Source: the human T2T-CHM13v2.0 reference genome, Homo sapiens. From it: a stretch of 64,000 nucleotides of DNA. The notes under the pieces were generated by a model. The model saw only the letters and a program-made list of their open reading frames with translations, had not been told where the DNA came from and did not search any database. The DNA lies in the NCBI RefSeq assembly GCF_009914755.1, contig NC_060945.1; one strand, given 5' to 3'. Positions 46,205 to 59,024 of the stretch are shown here, one piece after another (position 1 is the stretch's first letter; each line of letters opens with the position of its first letter). Both the position numbers and the translations under genes were made by a program.

Positions 46205-46407
46205 TGTGCTCCCAAGAGGACATTTGACAATGTCTGGAGACATTTTTGTTTGTCATAACTCAGAGTTGGAAGGGGTGCTACTTAGCATCTAATGGGTAGA
46301 GGCCAGGGATGCTGCCAAACATTCTACAATGCACAGGACAGCCCTCACAATACAAAGAATTACCCAGCTCAAAATGTCAATAGAGCTGAGGTCAAGAAAC
46401 CTGCTCT
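46205..46407 (+). mobile_element. MER20
   Basis: gggtagaggccagggatgctgccaaacattctacaatgcacaggacagccc. Confidence 0.85.
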
Positions 46408-48002
46408 GAAGTCAAAAATCACACCAAGTCAAATAAAAGTGCCAGGCAATATATATTTAAAAAAAAAAAAAAACCTGTCATGTGACAGGATCAGAACTTG
46501 CTGACCAAGACTTAGGCTAATTTAAGACAAAATTTCAGTACGTTGCTACCACAGCACTTTGAGGGATAAGCCACGTTTGTGAGGCTGTGTGGTTAATTAT
46601 CACAGCAAGCATCTGGTTAATGAAGCTTAACTTCATTTGATGCAGAACCTATGTGGTTTTCTTAAGAAATAACGTGATACCACAACAATGCCTGGATGCA
46701 CAGTAGATTCATGGACTCTGGTCAGAAACACCTTACATGTGATTTATAATGAACATGAAAAAGCAGTTCAAAGGAAGGCACGTTTCTGCTGCACGCTTTT
46801 CATCACTGGTAGGATAAGAAGGTCAGTTTTGACATCTATTCTCTATTCTTGGGGATGCAAAACAGAGGAATTAAGGTCCTCTACTTGTGACACCAAGGCA
46901 GAGTTAGAGCCAGCAACTGGAATTGTGTATAAATTTAAATTAAAGCACCAGCCTGCAAGCTGAGTTAGTGGAAAGGGTAACAGATAGGGTCAGTTGTACC
47001 CCCTCAGTGTGAAGATGATCTCACTGAAGAATAGAATCATGATGCTTCAAATCATTTACCCACTGGTTGGCCTCCGGAAGACCGAGGGCAAATCCTTCTG
47101 ACAACCTTTAAAATAATGCTTCCTGTTACTGCCAAACAGCAAATGGCAACTTCAAAGCATTATGTCATCAAAGTCTTTGCTGACCAAAACTAAACATAAA
47201 ATAAAATTTAAATTTAACCAAAAGTATGACCAGTTCCAAAGATTTCTTTCTTAAAATTTAAGGTTGTTCATGAGGAAAGTCTTAAAAATTCTGAAGTTGC
47301 ACCCTAGTACATTAGATATAGAAGCTTCAAAATGGAAATTGGAAGGCACACTTGCAAAGCAGATTTCTAAGAGGGAAGGATGATTGGAAAGGGAAGAAAA
47401 AGAAACAGGACAACAGGACATGGCAGTGCAAATACCGTTATCAAAGATAATGTCAGAAGCCTCAGAGGCAAGTCACTAAAAAGGAATTGAAGTCTGAGAA
47501 ATAACAGCTTATTTTCAGAGACAACAATGCTTAACATGTTTAGTTTTATAGAATACCCAAAGAGTTCCCTGCCTAGCAAGCTTTAGAATCTGGAAATATG
47601 TCCCTTTATCTAATAGAAGGCTCTCCTGCTACAATTTTAAGTGCTTTTCCTCTATCCTCAATGGAAATGAAAAACATAATCTGGTTTTTCTGTAAATAGC
47701 AATAAAAAAATGAACAAAAGTATAGGAAAAATAATAAGAAAGAGAAAATTTTCTTTTCTTGATAAAAATGTCAATACTATTTCATCAATTATTTTAAGAA
47801 TCAACAGTGAGAATTATCTCCCTTTCTACTTCCTTTGGGATAAGAGTCAACAGAACTGGGCCAGTCCTGAAACTTTATGTGCACACAAATCACCTGAGAA
47901 TCTTGTTAAAGTGTAGAGTCTAATTTAATAGAGGAGAGGCCTGAGATTCTGAATTTTGAACAAGCACAAGGTGATGCCAATGTGTCCTGTCTGCAGATCA
48001 TA

Positions 48003-48332
48003 TTTTTTTGAGATGGGGTCTCACTTTGTTGCCCAGGCTGGAGTGCAGTGGTGTGATCATGTCTCATTGCAGCCTCAACCTCCCCAGGCTCAGGCAATCC
48101 TCCAGCCTTAGACTCCTGAGTAGCTGAGGCTACAGGTGCACACCACCATGTCCAGCTAATTTTCGTTTTTGTTGTTGTTGGTGGTGGTGGTGGTGGTGAT
48201 GGTGGTGGTGTTGGTAGAGATGGAGTTTCATCATATTGCCCAGGCTGCTCTCAAACTCCTGGCCTCAAGTGATTCTCCCACGTTGGCCTCCCAACGTGCT
48301 GAGATTACAGGTGTGAGCCACCATGCCCAGCC
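48003..48332 (-). mobile_element. AluJ with (GTT)n(GGT)n expansion in the linker, inserted into a MER5 remnant
   Basis: Alu arms flank the triplet repeat at 48165-48213. Confidence 0.88.
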
Positions 48333-48417
48333 TGCAGGCCATATTTTAAGTAACAAGGAATTGGGCTTTTTTTTCTCTAAGGTTTTAAATAATTACATTA
48401 ATTCAAAAAAATTTATC

Positions 48418-48712
48418 AGCTGGGCATGGTGGCTCACACCTGTAATCCCAGTACTTTGGGAGGCCAAGGCAGGTGGACTGCCTGAGGTCAGGAGTTAGAG
48501 ACCAGCCTGGCCAACACTGTGAAACCCTGTCTCTACTAAAAATACAAAAATTAGCTGGGCGTGGTGGCGGGTGCCTGTAATCTCAGCTATTCACGAGGCC
48601 GAGGCACAAGAATCGCTTGAAAACGGGAGGTAGAGGTTGCAGTGAGCCAAGATTGTGCCACTGCACTCCAGCCTGGGTGACAGAGAGAAACTCAGTCTCA
48701 AAGAAAAAAAAA
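48418..48712 (+). mobile_element. AluSx
   Basis: Full dimer. Confidence 0.92.
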
Positions 48713-49147
48713 TTATCAAATGTCTGGGATCCAAAGCACAGGTGATGTAACATTGAATAAAACATGGTGCTTGACCTCAAAGAACCTACAGAATACATCG
48801 TGTAATGAGGGAATCACAGGCATCAGCTAATGAAGGCACCAGTAAGAAAGAGAAACAGCAGCCTCAATAACACTAACAGTAAACCAGAGTGTCCCCCACT
48901 TCCCATCTGCAACTTCCAGAACACCAAATCAGATGAGGTCAGGCTGTGATGATGCCAGAGTGAGACAAAAATAAGATCCATCTGTAATCACATCTGAGAA
49001 GGGAGAAAAACAAGTGCAGTGAGCTACACAAACCATAACCATGACCACACGTTACCTTTGGTGACTGCTGCTTCTTTACCAATTACAAACGTAGTCATGT
49101 TCCACCTCCTAAATAAAATCCTTTGAAACAGCTGATCCTAGAATTAG

Positions 49148-49881
49148 GCTGCGATAGGCGGAATAATGTTCCCTGAAGATGTCATCATTCTAATCCTGTA
49201 TGTTATACAGCAAGTCTGAATTAAAGTTGCCAATCTGCTGACCTTAAGTTAGGGAGATGATCCTGGATTACCTGGGCAAACCCAGTGTCATCACAAGGGT
49301 TCTTATAAATAGAAAGGGAAGACAGGAGACTCCTGTATCAGTATCCGAATCAAGGAGAGAGCTGGGAAGGTGCCGTGCGGTTGTCCTTTGAAGACAGAAG
49401 GGACACAGCCAAGAAATGGCTGGGTGGGAGGGCTGGGGTGCAGGCAGGACCAGCCCACACAGTCACATCCAGGACACATGTCTTTTTTTGAGAGCAGTGT
49501 GGAGCCACAAAAGGGTTTTAAGCAGGGGAGGGATGGCATCAGCTTTGATTCTTAAACCCCTTTACCCCAACCCTGGCCCCCAAGCAGAGGCAGCAGGTCA
49601 GGAACAGGACATACATTTGACAGATGAGGAGCTTGAGGCCAAAGAAATGCGGTGCCTGGACATCCAGCCGGCAGGCAGCCTCAAGAAAGTGGAAAATGCA
49701 AGGAAATGAATTCTGCTCTAGACCATCCAGAATAAATGCAGCGTTACCAACACCTTGATTTGAGCCCAGTAAGACCCATTTTGAACATCGGACCCCCAGA
49801 ACTATACAAGAATACATTTGTGTTATTTTAAGCCACTAAATTTGTGGTAATTTGTGACAACGACAATGGGAAACTAATACA
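49148..49881 (+). mobile_element. MLT1C/D LTR interrupted by a 252-bp insert
   Basis: gggagatgatcctggattac...aagccactaaatttgtggtaatttgt...ggaaactaataca. Confidence 0.8.
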
Positions 49882-50676
49882 GTATGCAATGTAGAAGAGA
49901 CCTCTGCCTCCTTCGATCTTCTGGAAAATCACCTAATTCAAGCCCAAATCCCATAACAAACCCCTCCTCGCACCCTCTTAGTGAGATATCCTGCAGTTTC
50001 TCATGTTCTGTGATCTCCACTGTGGCAACAAGTTAATAAGCCTAACTTGTTTGACTATAGGTGTATTTCTGGTGGTCTTGGTTAGTGGACTTCAACAGTG
50101 CAGTGTGAACAATATGACATCAAAGTAAACAGAGATGAGACTTTTCAACTGGGAAAAGGAGAGCACCCTGGGGTGGAGGAAGATCTTTTGAAGGATCTGT
50201 AGGAGTTCACTAGATTGAAAAGAGTGCAGAAGGGAACAAAAACCTGTGATAGTCCCCACTGCAGGGGAAAAGGAAGCACATTAAGGAGAAGTAGGAAATA
50301 AGGCTAGAAAAATTGGTAGATCTGTGAGCCTCTACTTGATCATTGTCCTGAAAACCGTAAGAAATAAAAAAAAAATCACCAAAGAGTTTGCAGAAAAGAG
50401 CTACACAATTAGACTTGCATTTTGAGAGATTATTGTGCCTGTTGCATGGAAGATGGATTGGAGACTGCCTGGCAGAATGGATAAGTAGCTGGGCTAGTAA
50501 CCCAGGCAAGAAATGATGCAGGTGTGAACTGAGGCAGAAATATCAGGAATGAAGTCCTGACAGGATTTCTTAGAAAATCTAAGGACTTGGTATCAACATA
50601 AAGAATAAAGCCTAATAATTATTAAAATCTTTTTGGAAAGCTTGTGAAAATGGCAGAGAATCTTGATAAAATAGGT

Positions 50677-51073
50677 GATATAGTTTGGCTCTGTGTCCCC
50701 ACCCAAATCTCATGTTGAATTTTAATCCCAGATATTGGAGGTGGGGCCTGGTGGGAGGTGGTTGGATCACGGAGGTGGTTTCCAATGACTTAGCACCATC
50801 CCACTAGTGCTGTTTTATGACAGAGTCCTCAGGAGTTTCAAAGTTGTTTAAAGGCATGTAGCACCTCCCCCTTTGCCCTCTTCCTCCTGCTCAAGCCATG
50901 TAGGATGTGACTGCTTCCCCTTGGCCTTCCACCATGATTGTAAGTTTCCTGAGGCCTCCCCAGCCATGCTTCCTATACCGCCTATGGAACCATGAGCCAA
51001 CTGAACCTCTTTGCTTTAGAAATTACTCAGTCTCGGGTAGTTCTTTATAGCAATATGAGAATGGACAAATACA
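50677..51073 (+). mobile_element. MSTA-like LTR
   Basis: tgatatagtttggctctgtgtccccacccaaatctcatg...ttctttatagcaat...aataca. Confidence 0.88.
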
Positions 51074-52604
51074 ATTAATTAAGTCAAATTGGAAGACTCA
51101 TGATCAATGTTCTGCATTTGTTATCAGTGGCAGGACAATGGGCATGGGAGGAATCAGAGATGTCAGCTTGATGCTCTGGAACTAATACAGTATGCAACCT
51201 AGAAGAGACCTGGCTTCCTACAGTCTTCTCCAAAATTACCTAATGCAAGCCCAAATCCTGTAACAAACCCTCCTCACTCCATCTTATTGAGATATCTTGC
51301 TGTTTCTCCTATTGTAAGGTCTCTGTTGTGGCAACAAGTTAATAAACCCAACTTTGTTTATCTGTAGGAGTATTCCTGGTGGTCCTGGTTGGCAGGCTTC
51401 AACAGTGCAGTGTGAGAATATGATATAAGAGTAAACAGAGATGGGACTTCTAAACTGGAACAAAGAAAACTTCTTATTCAAGCTTCACCTTTCTCACCTA
51501 TTGAACATTTGCCCACTTAGGCAAATTACTTAGTCTCCATCAATTTCCTCATGATATTGATTTCCCAAGATAGTTGTCAGAATTAAATAAAATTCTAGGG
51601 AAGTATTTTTTAACTCACTATGTAAACATAGGAGGTATAATTATTAATGGCATAAGAGGTATTCTGCAGGGATATTTCTAGGGAACAGCTCTATAATTTG
51701 GAAAGTGATGTACAGTTTGTTTTAAAGTGGAGGAATGGATTGGGAGTCAGACCCTCCTTACTTATATATTAGTGTTTTACTTCACAGATGAATGATACAG
51801 CCTGAAACAAATTATTTAACTTCTGAATTTTGGCTTCTTCAATAATAGGTGGATAATAAAATCTACCTCTAAAAATTATTATGCAAGTAGTGAAATTGTC
51901 TATTATTGTATCTGTCACACTGTTGCTGCAAGAGAAGGCAAGTTGTCATTGTAACTTGTTAATCCCTTCTTGACCCTCCTCAAGGAATACGTGGTTTTTA
52001 GGTGCAAGATGTCAGAGTTACCCTACAGATTTCACCCTCCTTCTTCCCCAGAAGCCATTAAATTATAGTAAGGGAGTGAAGGAGTGGAAGCCAACAATAA
52101 CAGAGAATTGTAAGGATGATGTCAATTGAATAAAGGTAAACTACATTTCTGGAAGTTGCAAAGGAGATGAAGGAAAATCACAAAGAAAAAGGAGCCATAG
52201 CAGAAATTGTGACAAGAGGGAGCTAAAGGAAGGAGTGAGCCTTCAAACTCCCATAGAGAACCGAGACTCACAACATTAAGAATCAATGCCAGGATTAAGG
52301 CTGAAACAGAGGAAAGGTGGTACGAAATCTAGTTGAAGAACAGGGGGTTCTGAGGCCACTGGTGTAGTCACTTGGTCAGCACAAAGGACCTTTACACTCT
52401 GGCATTTGAAGACCTCCCCTCCTACCAAAAGCTCAGCCTCTCTCTTACCGTAAGCAAATTCTGTCCCTCAATGAATTCTGTTCCCACACACAGAGCTCCA
52501 GCGCAGCTTCTGAGTGTGTCATTCTTAAATCAGAAAGGACAATTAAGGATCATAGCAATGATTGTCATACCATATGATACGCAGCAATGACAGCACAGCA
52601 GTGA

Positions 52605-53230
<626 letters not shown>

Positions 53231-53269
53231 TGCCAGGCCCTTACTTTCTAAATACCAGTCTGCACTTAA

Positions 53270-54250
53270 AAAATTCAGAGCTCCTGGGAGAAATCCCTGA
53301 CTCTATTATAAGAGCAGAAAAGTTCAAGACGAGTCAGACAGGAATATCTTGTTGAGCCAGAAAGAAAGAAAATGATCAAATAGTGATGGGGGACACTTCC
53401 AAAGGACATAGAAGCCAGCACGAAGGTATTCCCACTGTCCAAATCTGAGGCACTTTGAAGATCAAAATAAATATTAGTGGATTATCATACATTGAGTAAA
53501 ATAAGAATCCATGAACCCATACTGATATAAGCATTGGCACATATAAGTAAGCAAACAAAAAATTAATAAATGGGGAAAAGAGAAACTTCTTTCTTACAGT
53601 AGAATGCCAACTAATAAATGTAAAGAGATTTATTGATGTAAAATTAGAAATTTGTGGATGAATCGTAAAATTGGCAAGTAAAAACTTGATAAGAAATAAG
53701 ATATTCACACAGTGCCAAAGTATCAACTCACAAATTAATTATTAATTACAAAGGGCAAAGAGCAACTTTACAGTAAAGAAACCTGAAAGGCGCAACTTTC
53801 CCCAAGTGATCAAAGTTAATATCAACCAAACTACATGAGCCAACATAATGTGCCTCCTGATATGATGTGCTGAGAAGGATAAAGTATCACTTCAATGACA
53901 TTTCCACCAAAAGTGCATGATATAAATCTAATCGTGAGGAAAGTCAAACCCAAATCAAGATACATTCTGTGAAATGACTGCCTGCATTCTTCATATTGGT
54001 TGAGGTCAAGAAAGGCAGAGAAAAGTTGAGGTACTGGTCCACATTAAAGAAGACTAAAGAGACATACATAATACTGGATTGGATCCCGAAGTAGGGGGAA
54101 AAAAAGTACAAAGGACATTAGTGAGACAAGTGATTACATTTGAGTATGCACTTTGGGTTAGAGAATAGTATTATATTAATATTAAATATTTAATTTGTAT
54201 AGTTATATTGGCTTTGTTCTTAAGATAAATGGTATGATATCTGCCACCTA
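53270..54250 (+). mobile_element. Ancient L1 (L1MC4/L1ME-like) 3'UTR
   Basis: attaattacaaagggc...aactttacagtaaagaaacctg...caagtgatcaaagttaatatca. Confidence 0.65.
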
Positions 54251-54267
54251 TTCTGAATGGCTATCCA

Positions 54268-54298
54268 GATAGACAGACAGAGAGAGAGTTAGATAGAC

Positions 54299-54342
<44 letters not shown>

Positions 54343-54398
54343 GATAGATAGATGATAGATACATAGATACATACATAGGTAGATAGATGATAGAGATA
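54268..54398 (+). repeat. Compound (GATA)n/(GACA)n tetranucleotide STR
   Basis: Long GATA run with GAT interruptions. Confidence 0.95.
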
Positions 54399-55460
54399 CA
54401 CACACACTATACACATACATCATATAGCATATATACTATATGTAATAATACATTCAATGGAAGAAAAATGTAAATCTGAGAATGCAGGACTTTTTTGCAC
54501 TACTACAGCAAATTTTTCATAAGTTTGAAATTTTTTTAAATAAAAACTAATTAACAAAATACAAAACAATTATGGCCTTAAAATAGAAAATAAATGTTAG
54601 TCATAAAGATAGAATCTAAAGTCTTATGGTTGGTAGAGATCTCAAATCACCTATCCAGTACTCAACACCCTTGGAATCTCTCCGCCAACAGGTCATCCTA
54701 CCTATGCATTGGAGCCTTGCCAGTGATAACCTATTTCATCCTTAAATAGCCCTATTCTTTTTCCCATTTGCACAGCCATATCTAACTTGATATGTAACTC
54801 TTACTCCCTCTCATGGTCATGTTTACGTACCGAAGCTTCCCTTCTATGCAAGCCTGTAACACTTTGTGTGTATACATGGTTCTTATCACAGACTGTCTCC
54901 AATTTTAGGTCCTAGGAAGCAAATGAGTAAGGAATATCTATCTGTCTTTGGATAGTCATTTACAGCACATTGATTGACATGAAATAGGAGACTATTAAAA
55001 GCCCTTTAAATATTGAATAAAGTGTATTTAATTCTTAAGGGCATAAATTGTGTTTCAGTTATCTCTAAGATTTGTGTCCCCAAATCTTAAGACAATGCTG
55101 TGCTATACTATGTGATGAGTACCTCTTGAATGAATAAATCTCGAAGACAGTCAGCTTCTCATATCAAAAACACCTCTGCTTAGTTGTTTTTACAACTGTA
55201 AATATCTTAACACAGTGGCCACAGCCCAATAATACCTGATGCATGCATGAATGAACTTTACATTGGACAATACAATATTTTGCACCCATAAAGCAGAGAT
55301 TTAACAAGTAAAGTCAATGAACAATTAATCAAGCACCTTCTCTCAGGCAGAGGTGCAATAAATACATGATATGTGAATGAATGAGTTTTAATTCAAACAT
55401 AAATTGTTTTGCTTCAATAAAGCAGAGATTTTTCAGTAAGCAAGACAGGGAGCATTTTCT

Positions 55461-56024
55461 TTTTTTTTTCTTTTATTATTATACTTTAAGTTTTAGGGTA
55501 CATGTGCACATTGTGCAGGTTAGTTACATATGTATACATGTGCCATGCTGGTGCGCTGCACCCACTAACTCGTCATCTAGCATTAGGTATATCTCCCAGT
55601 GCTATCCCTCCCCCTACCCCCCACCCCACAACAGTCCCCAGAGTGTGATATTCCCCTTCCTGTGTCCATGTGATCTCGTTGTTCAATTCCCACCTATGAG
55701 TGAGAATATGCGGTGTTTGGTTTTTTGTTCTTGCGATAGTTTACTGAGAATGATGATTTCTAATTTCATCCATGTCCCTACAAAGGACATGAACTCATCA
55801 TTTTTTATGGCTGCATAGTATTCCATGGTGTATATGTGCCACATTTTCTTAATCCAGTCTATCATTGTTGGACATTTGGGTTGGTTCCAAGTCTTTGCTA
55901 TTGTGAATAGTGCCGCAATAAACATACGTGTGCATGTGTCTTTATAGCAGCATGATTTATAGTCCTTTGGGTATATACCCAGTAATGGGATGGCTGGGTC
56001 AAATGTTACTTCTAGTTCTAGATC
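55461..56024 (-). mobile_element. 5'-truncated young L1 (L1PA2-like) with a perfect 17-bp TSD
   Basis: TSD gacagggagcattttct at 55444-55460 and 56025-56041. The 3'UTR carries GAG rather than the L1HS-Ta ACA diagnostic. Confidence 0.93.
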
Positions 56025-56701
56025 GACAGGGAGCATTTTCTAAGTGTAGACAACATACCATTTCAAGTGCTTTTGATGGCAACTATTATTTCAAAGAATA
56101 AACACTTCATTTTTAGTACTAGTTATATGTATAATCAGAGGTGAAGAAAGTGGAGAAAATAAACCCATCTATCAAAAAAGGATAAAAAATAATATGTGAT
56201 TTTAGTAGTTGGCTTCCCTTTATTGATCAAATCTTAGGAACTCTTAAAGATAGAGTTTCATAACTAAGTCTATTTAGTTCCAATTCTTCCAACAACCTGA
56301 GGGGTTCAAATCTCCCCAGAGCTGAGTTCTATAAACAGTAGGAAAGGAGAAATGAACCAAAATGGAATCTTGTCACTAAGGAAAAGAGAAAAGAAAACAT
56401 GTTTTAGCATTCAACAGCTAAGAAATATTCCTGTTTTATAATCAGCTTTGAGAAACGCCAACAATTGCAGTATATCTGGGTTAAATACGGGACATTTCCA
56501 GGGAGTTTTTTAAATTGAAATATCAATATAAAAATAAAAAATGGTTAGGCATCACCCTATCCTGGCTATATAGTCTGAAATCAGAATAAAATTTGGTTAA
56601 AGTCAACCATTACGGGTTTAAACTGATTGATGAATTCAAGAGCATAAAAGAGAAGTGAAATAAATAACCAGGACAAAAATATTTATGCTGAAGGAAATAG
56701 A

Positions 56702-56707
56702 TTTATT
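56702..56707 (-). terminator. KRTAP7-1 polyadenylation signal AATAAA
   Basis: Plus-strand tttatt about 370 nt downstream of the stop, implying an mRNA of about 0.7 kb. Confidence 0.7.
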
Positions 56708-57077
56708 AAGAGACTGACAGAAAATCCCCTTACTACCCACACCCAATTTGTAATACATTAATGTTGATGTAGAAGCTAATAATACATGAGCAGAGCAACC
56801 ATGGGAGGCAAACTACTTTTTCACTGTTAAAATTCAAGTATGACCAAAAAAATGCATCTTGCTTCCTTTGTCTGTAGATGAGTATCAGTTCAGCACCTGA
56901 GTCCTGGGTGACTTGTCCAACAGCATCAAAGACAAAGACCACAGCAAGAAGTCAGCAAGAAGATGGAAGATGTATCACCCAAGCACATGGGAAGGTAGGA
57001 AGACAGTCATTGCTCTTCAGGTTGTTCTGTGCAGAGAATTAATTGAGAGTCCTGTAGTCACTGGAGCCATTGGTCCA

Positions 57078-57341
57078 TCAGTAGGTGCTGTAGCCAAAGC
57101 CAGAGCCAGAGCCCCATGGCCTATAGAAGCTACCACCATAGCAGCCTCCCAGGTTGTTGCTGTTGCTACCACCAAAGCTGTAGCCCAGGGGGCTGTAGCC
57201 ATTGCATCCACAGCCATAGTTCAGGGGAGAGCCCAGAGGCACAACACAGTTCAAGGGGGTGGCTCTGAAGGTCCCGTGGAAGTTGGTCCCATAGATAGGG
57301 TATCCTGGGAAGTAGCTTCCACAGCAGAAGTAACGAGTCAT
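57078..57341 (-). CDS. KRTAP7-1: Keratin-associated protein 7-1 (HGT-KAP, 87 aa, single exon, intact frame)
   Basis: GCCACCATG Kozak context. Translation [15 protein letters not shown]...[14 protein letters not shown] is the KAP7 family signature. Confidence 0.97.
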   Translation of the reverse strand: MTRYFCCGSYFPGYPIYGTNFHGTFRATPLNCVVPLGSPLNYGCGCNGYSPLGYSFGGSNSNNLGGCYGGSFYRPWGSGSGFGYSTY

Positions 57342-57425
57342 GGTGGCAGCAATTGAGAAGGATTTAGATGGATTGTGAAGGGTAAGTTACCCAAGTGTTA
57401 ATGAAGGTCTCTTCCCGTACAGGGC

Positions 57426-57448
57426 TTTTAATACCTCAAGCTGGTGGG
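57426..57448 (-). promoter_or_regulatory. KRTAP7-1 core promoter: TATA-like TATTAAAA plus CCCACCAG
   Basis: TATA-like box 85-92 nt upstream of the ATG. Plus-strand CTGGTGGG at 57441-57448 is shared with the KRTAP8-1 promoter (40935-40942). Confidence 0.7.
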
Positions 57449-59005
57449 CACAACACATCTGTCTAAACATCTTCCCACTAATTTGCATAGGTAATCTCAT
57501 TCTTTTCTAATAAAATGCTTATAAGGAATGCACAGACTCATTGCCCACATTTTTGTTGGCTTTTCTCTGTACTATTTTAAAGCCAGTGACCATGCTTGAC
57601 ACGCAATCGAATTCTTTTCATCAGAGTCCCATGGTTTAACTACTGTTCTTGATTGCATCATGTGAGACTCTTTAAATCCTCTGATTATAAACTCTTCCCA
57701 ACTGACATAGCTAAACTAAAAAAGCTTTGGCAAGAATGCAAACACTTCAAGCCAAGACAAAGCCATATATTGAGGTCTTTTGAACATTATTTTGAAACAT
57801 CAAACTGAAATTCTATAACCTCTTGAAATTCACCCATGTGCCCTTTTAAAACAATTGTATACCAACTAGTTAATGGGTACAGAGTTTCCTTTTGGAGTGA
57901 AGAAAATCATTTGGAACTAGACAATGTTGCAAAACATTTGGAATGTACTAAATATCACTGAATTGTTACCTTTAAAATGCCTTGGTTTGTGTTATACAAA
58001 TTTTAACTCAAAATGTATTTTTTATTTTAAAAAGCACTGCTACACAAATCTATCCAACCAGGTGTTTTTACAGAGGCTGCAATGGTGCCAAATAATAAGT
58101 TGGCTGTGAATAACCTGCAAGTAATTTTCATCAATTTCATTTATGAGCATTCTGTTTGTTAATACATATTTTATTTTTTCATGGAGAACATACCATGTTT
58201 GCTTGTAAATCATCTTGAACATTGCCAAACTGTCTTTCTGGAGTTGCCACACTGGCGCTGAGTGGGATGATGCTCAATTTCAGAGTCATGTTATACCACA
58301 CTTGCTTCTTACTGACTCCTATAAAACAAGCCTGAATGCCATGATCCATTATGAAATACCAGTTATATTTAAGGATGCAACACTTCCTTCTGCTCTTATT
58401 TTGCCTTACATAACCAATTCTCATGAAGAACGTAAACCAGGAAGGATCTGAGCTCAGCAAAGCTAAGTCTATTCCAATTCAAAGGTTTACGACATCATCT
58501 TTTTATATGTGAATCAAAGTCAGAATTCTCTGAAAGTAGAAGAAAAAACTTCCTGAATACCAATTCCTTTTTTTATTTCCATCTTAACAGACAATCATAG
58601 AGTCCAATATGCAAAACTAATCATTCCTCTCAGACATCCCTCTCTCTTTAAGATTCTATCTCTCTCAGTTTCTCTGACAGAGAGCTGCCTAAAGAATGTT
58701 CTATAAGTGGATATGATTTCTTTTATTCTACAAATTAATTAAATGTCATAAGAGTATATAGAGAAAGTTAAAGAAAAATAAGTTATAATTTCAAATTCAG
58801 TTTAACAAAAAGAATGAATTAAAATGGTAAGAGGTTGTGTCCTCAGGGTTTAAATTATATAAACTCTGTATCAGATAATCCAGAAAACTCAAAAATACGT
58901 TTGTGATTAGGAGAGGGCAGGGGTGACTAAGAATTACGCGTGACTTGAAAAATTTCACTACTGATTCTATCACACAATGACATTGGAACCTGTAATTTGT
59001 ACATG

Positions 59006-59024
59006 CTGCCACCAGGTGGCAGTG
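59006..59024 (+). promoter_or_regulatory. Strong CTCF-type motif CTGCCACCAGGTGGCAGTG (palindromic core)
   Basis: Fits the CTCF core CCASYAGRKGGCRS with no mismatch. Binding is not demonstrated. Confidence 0.6.

Noticed and set aside
56913-57356. 147-aa antisense ORF and 66-aa alternative-frame ORF over KRTAP7-1
   Set aside because: Same shadow-ORF effect; the antisense ORF has a non-ATG start.
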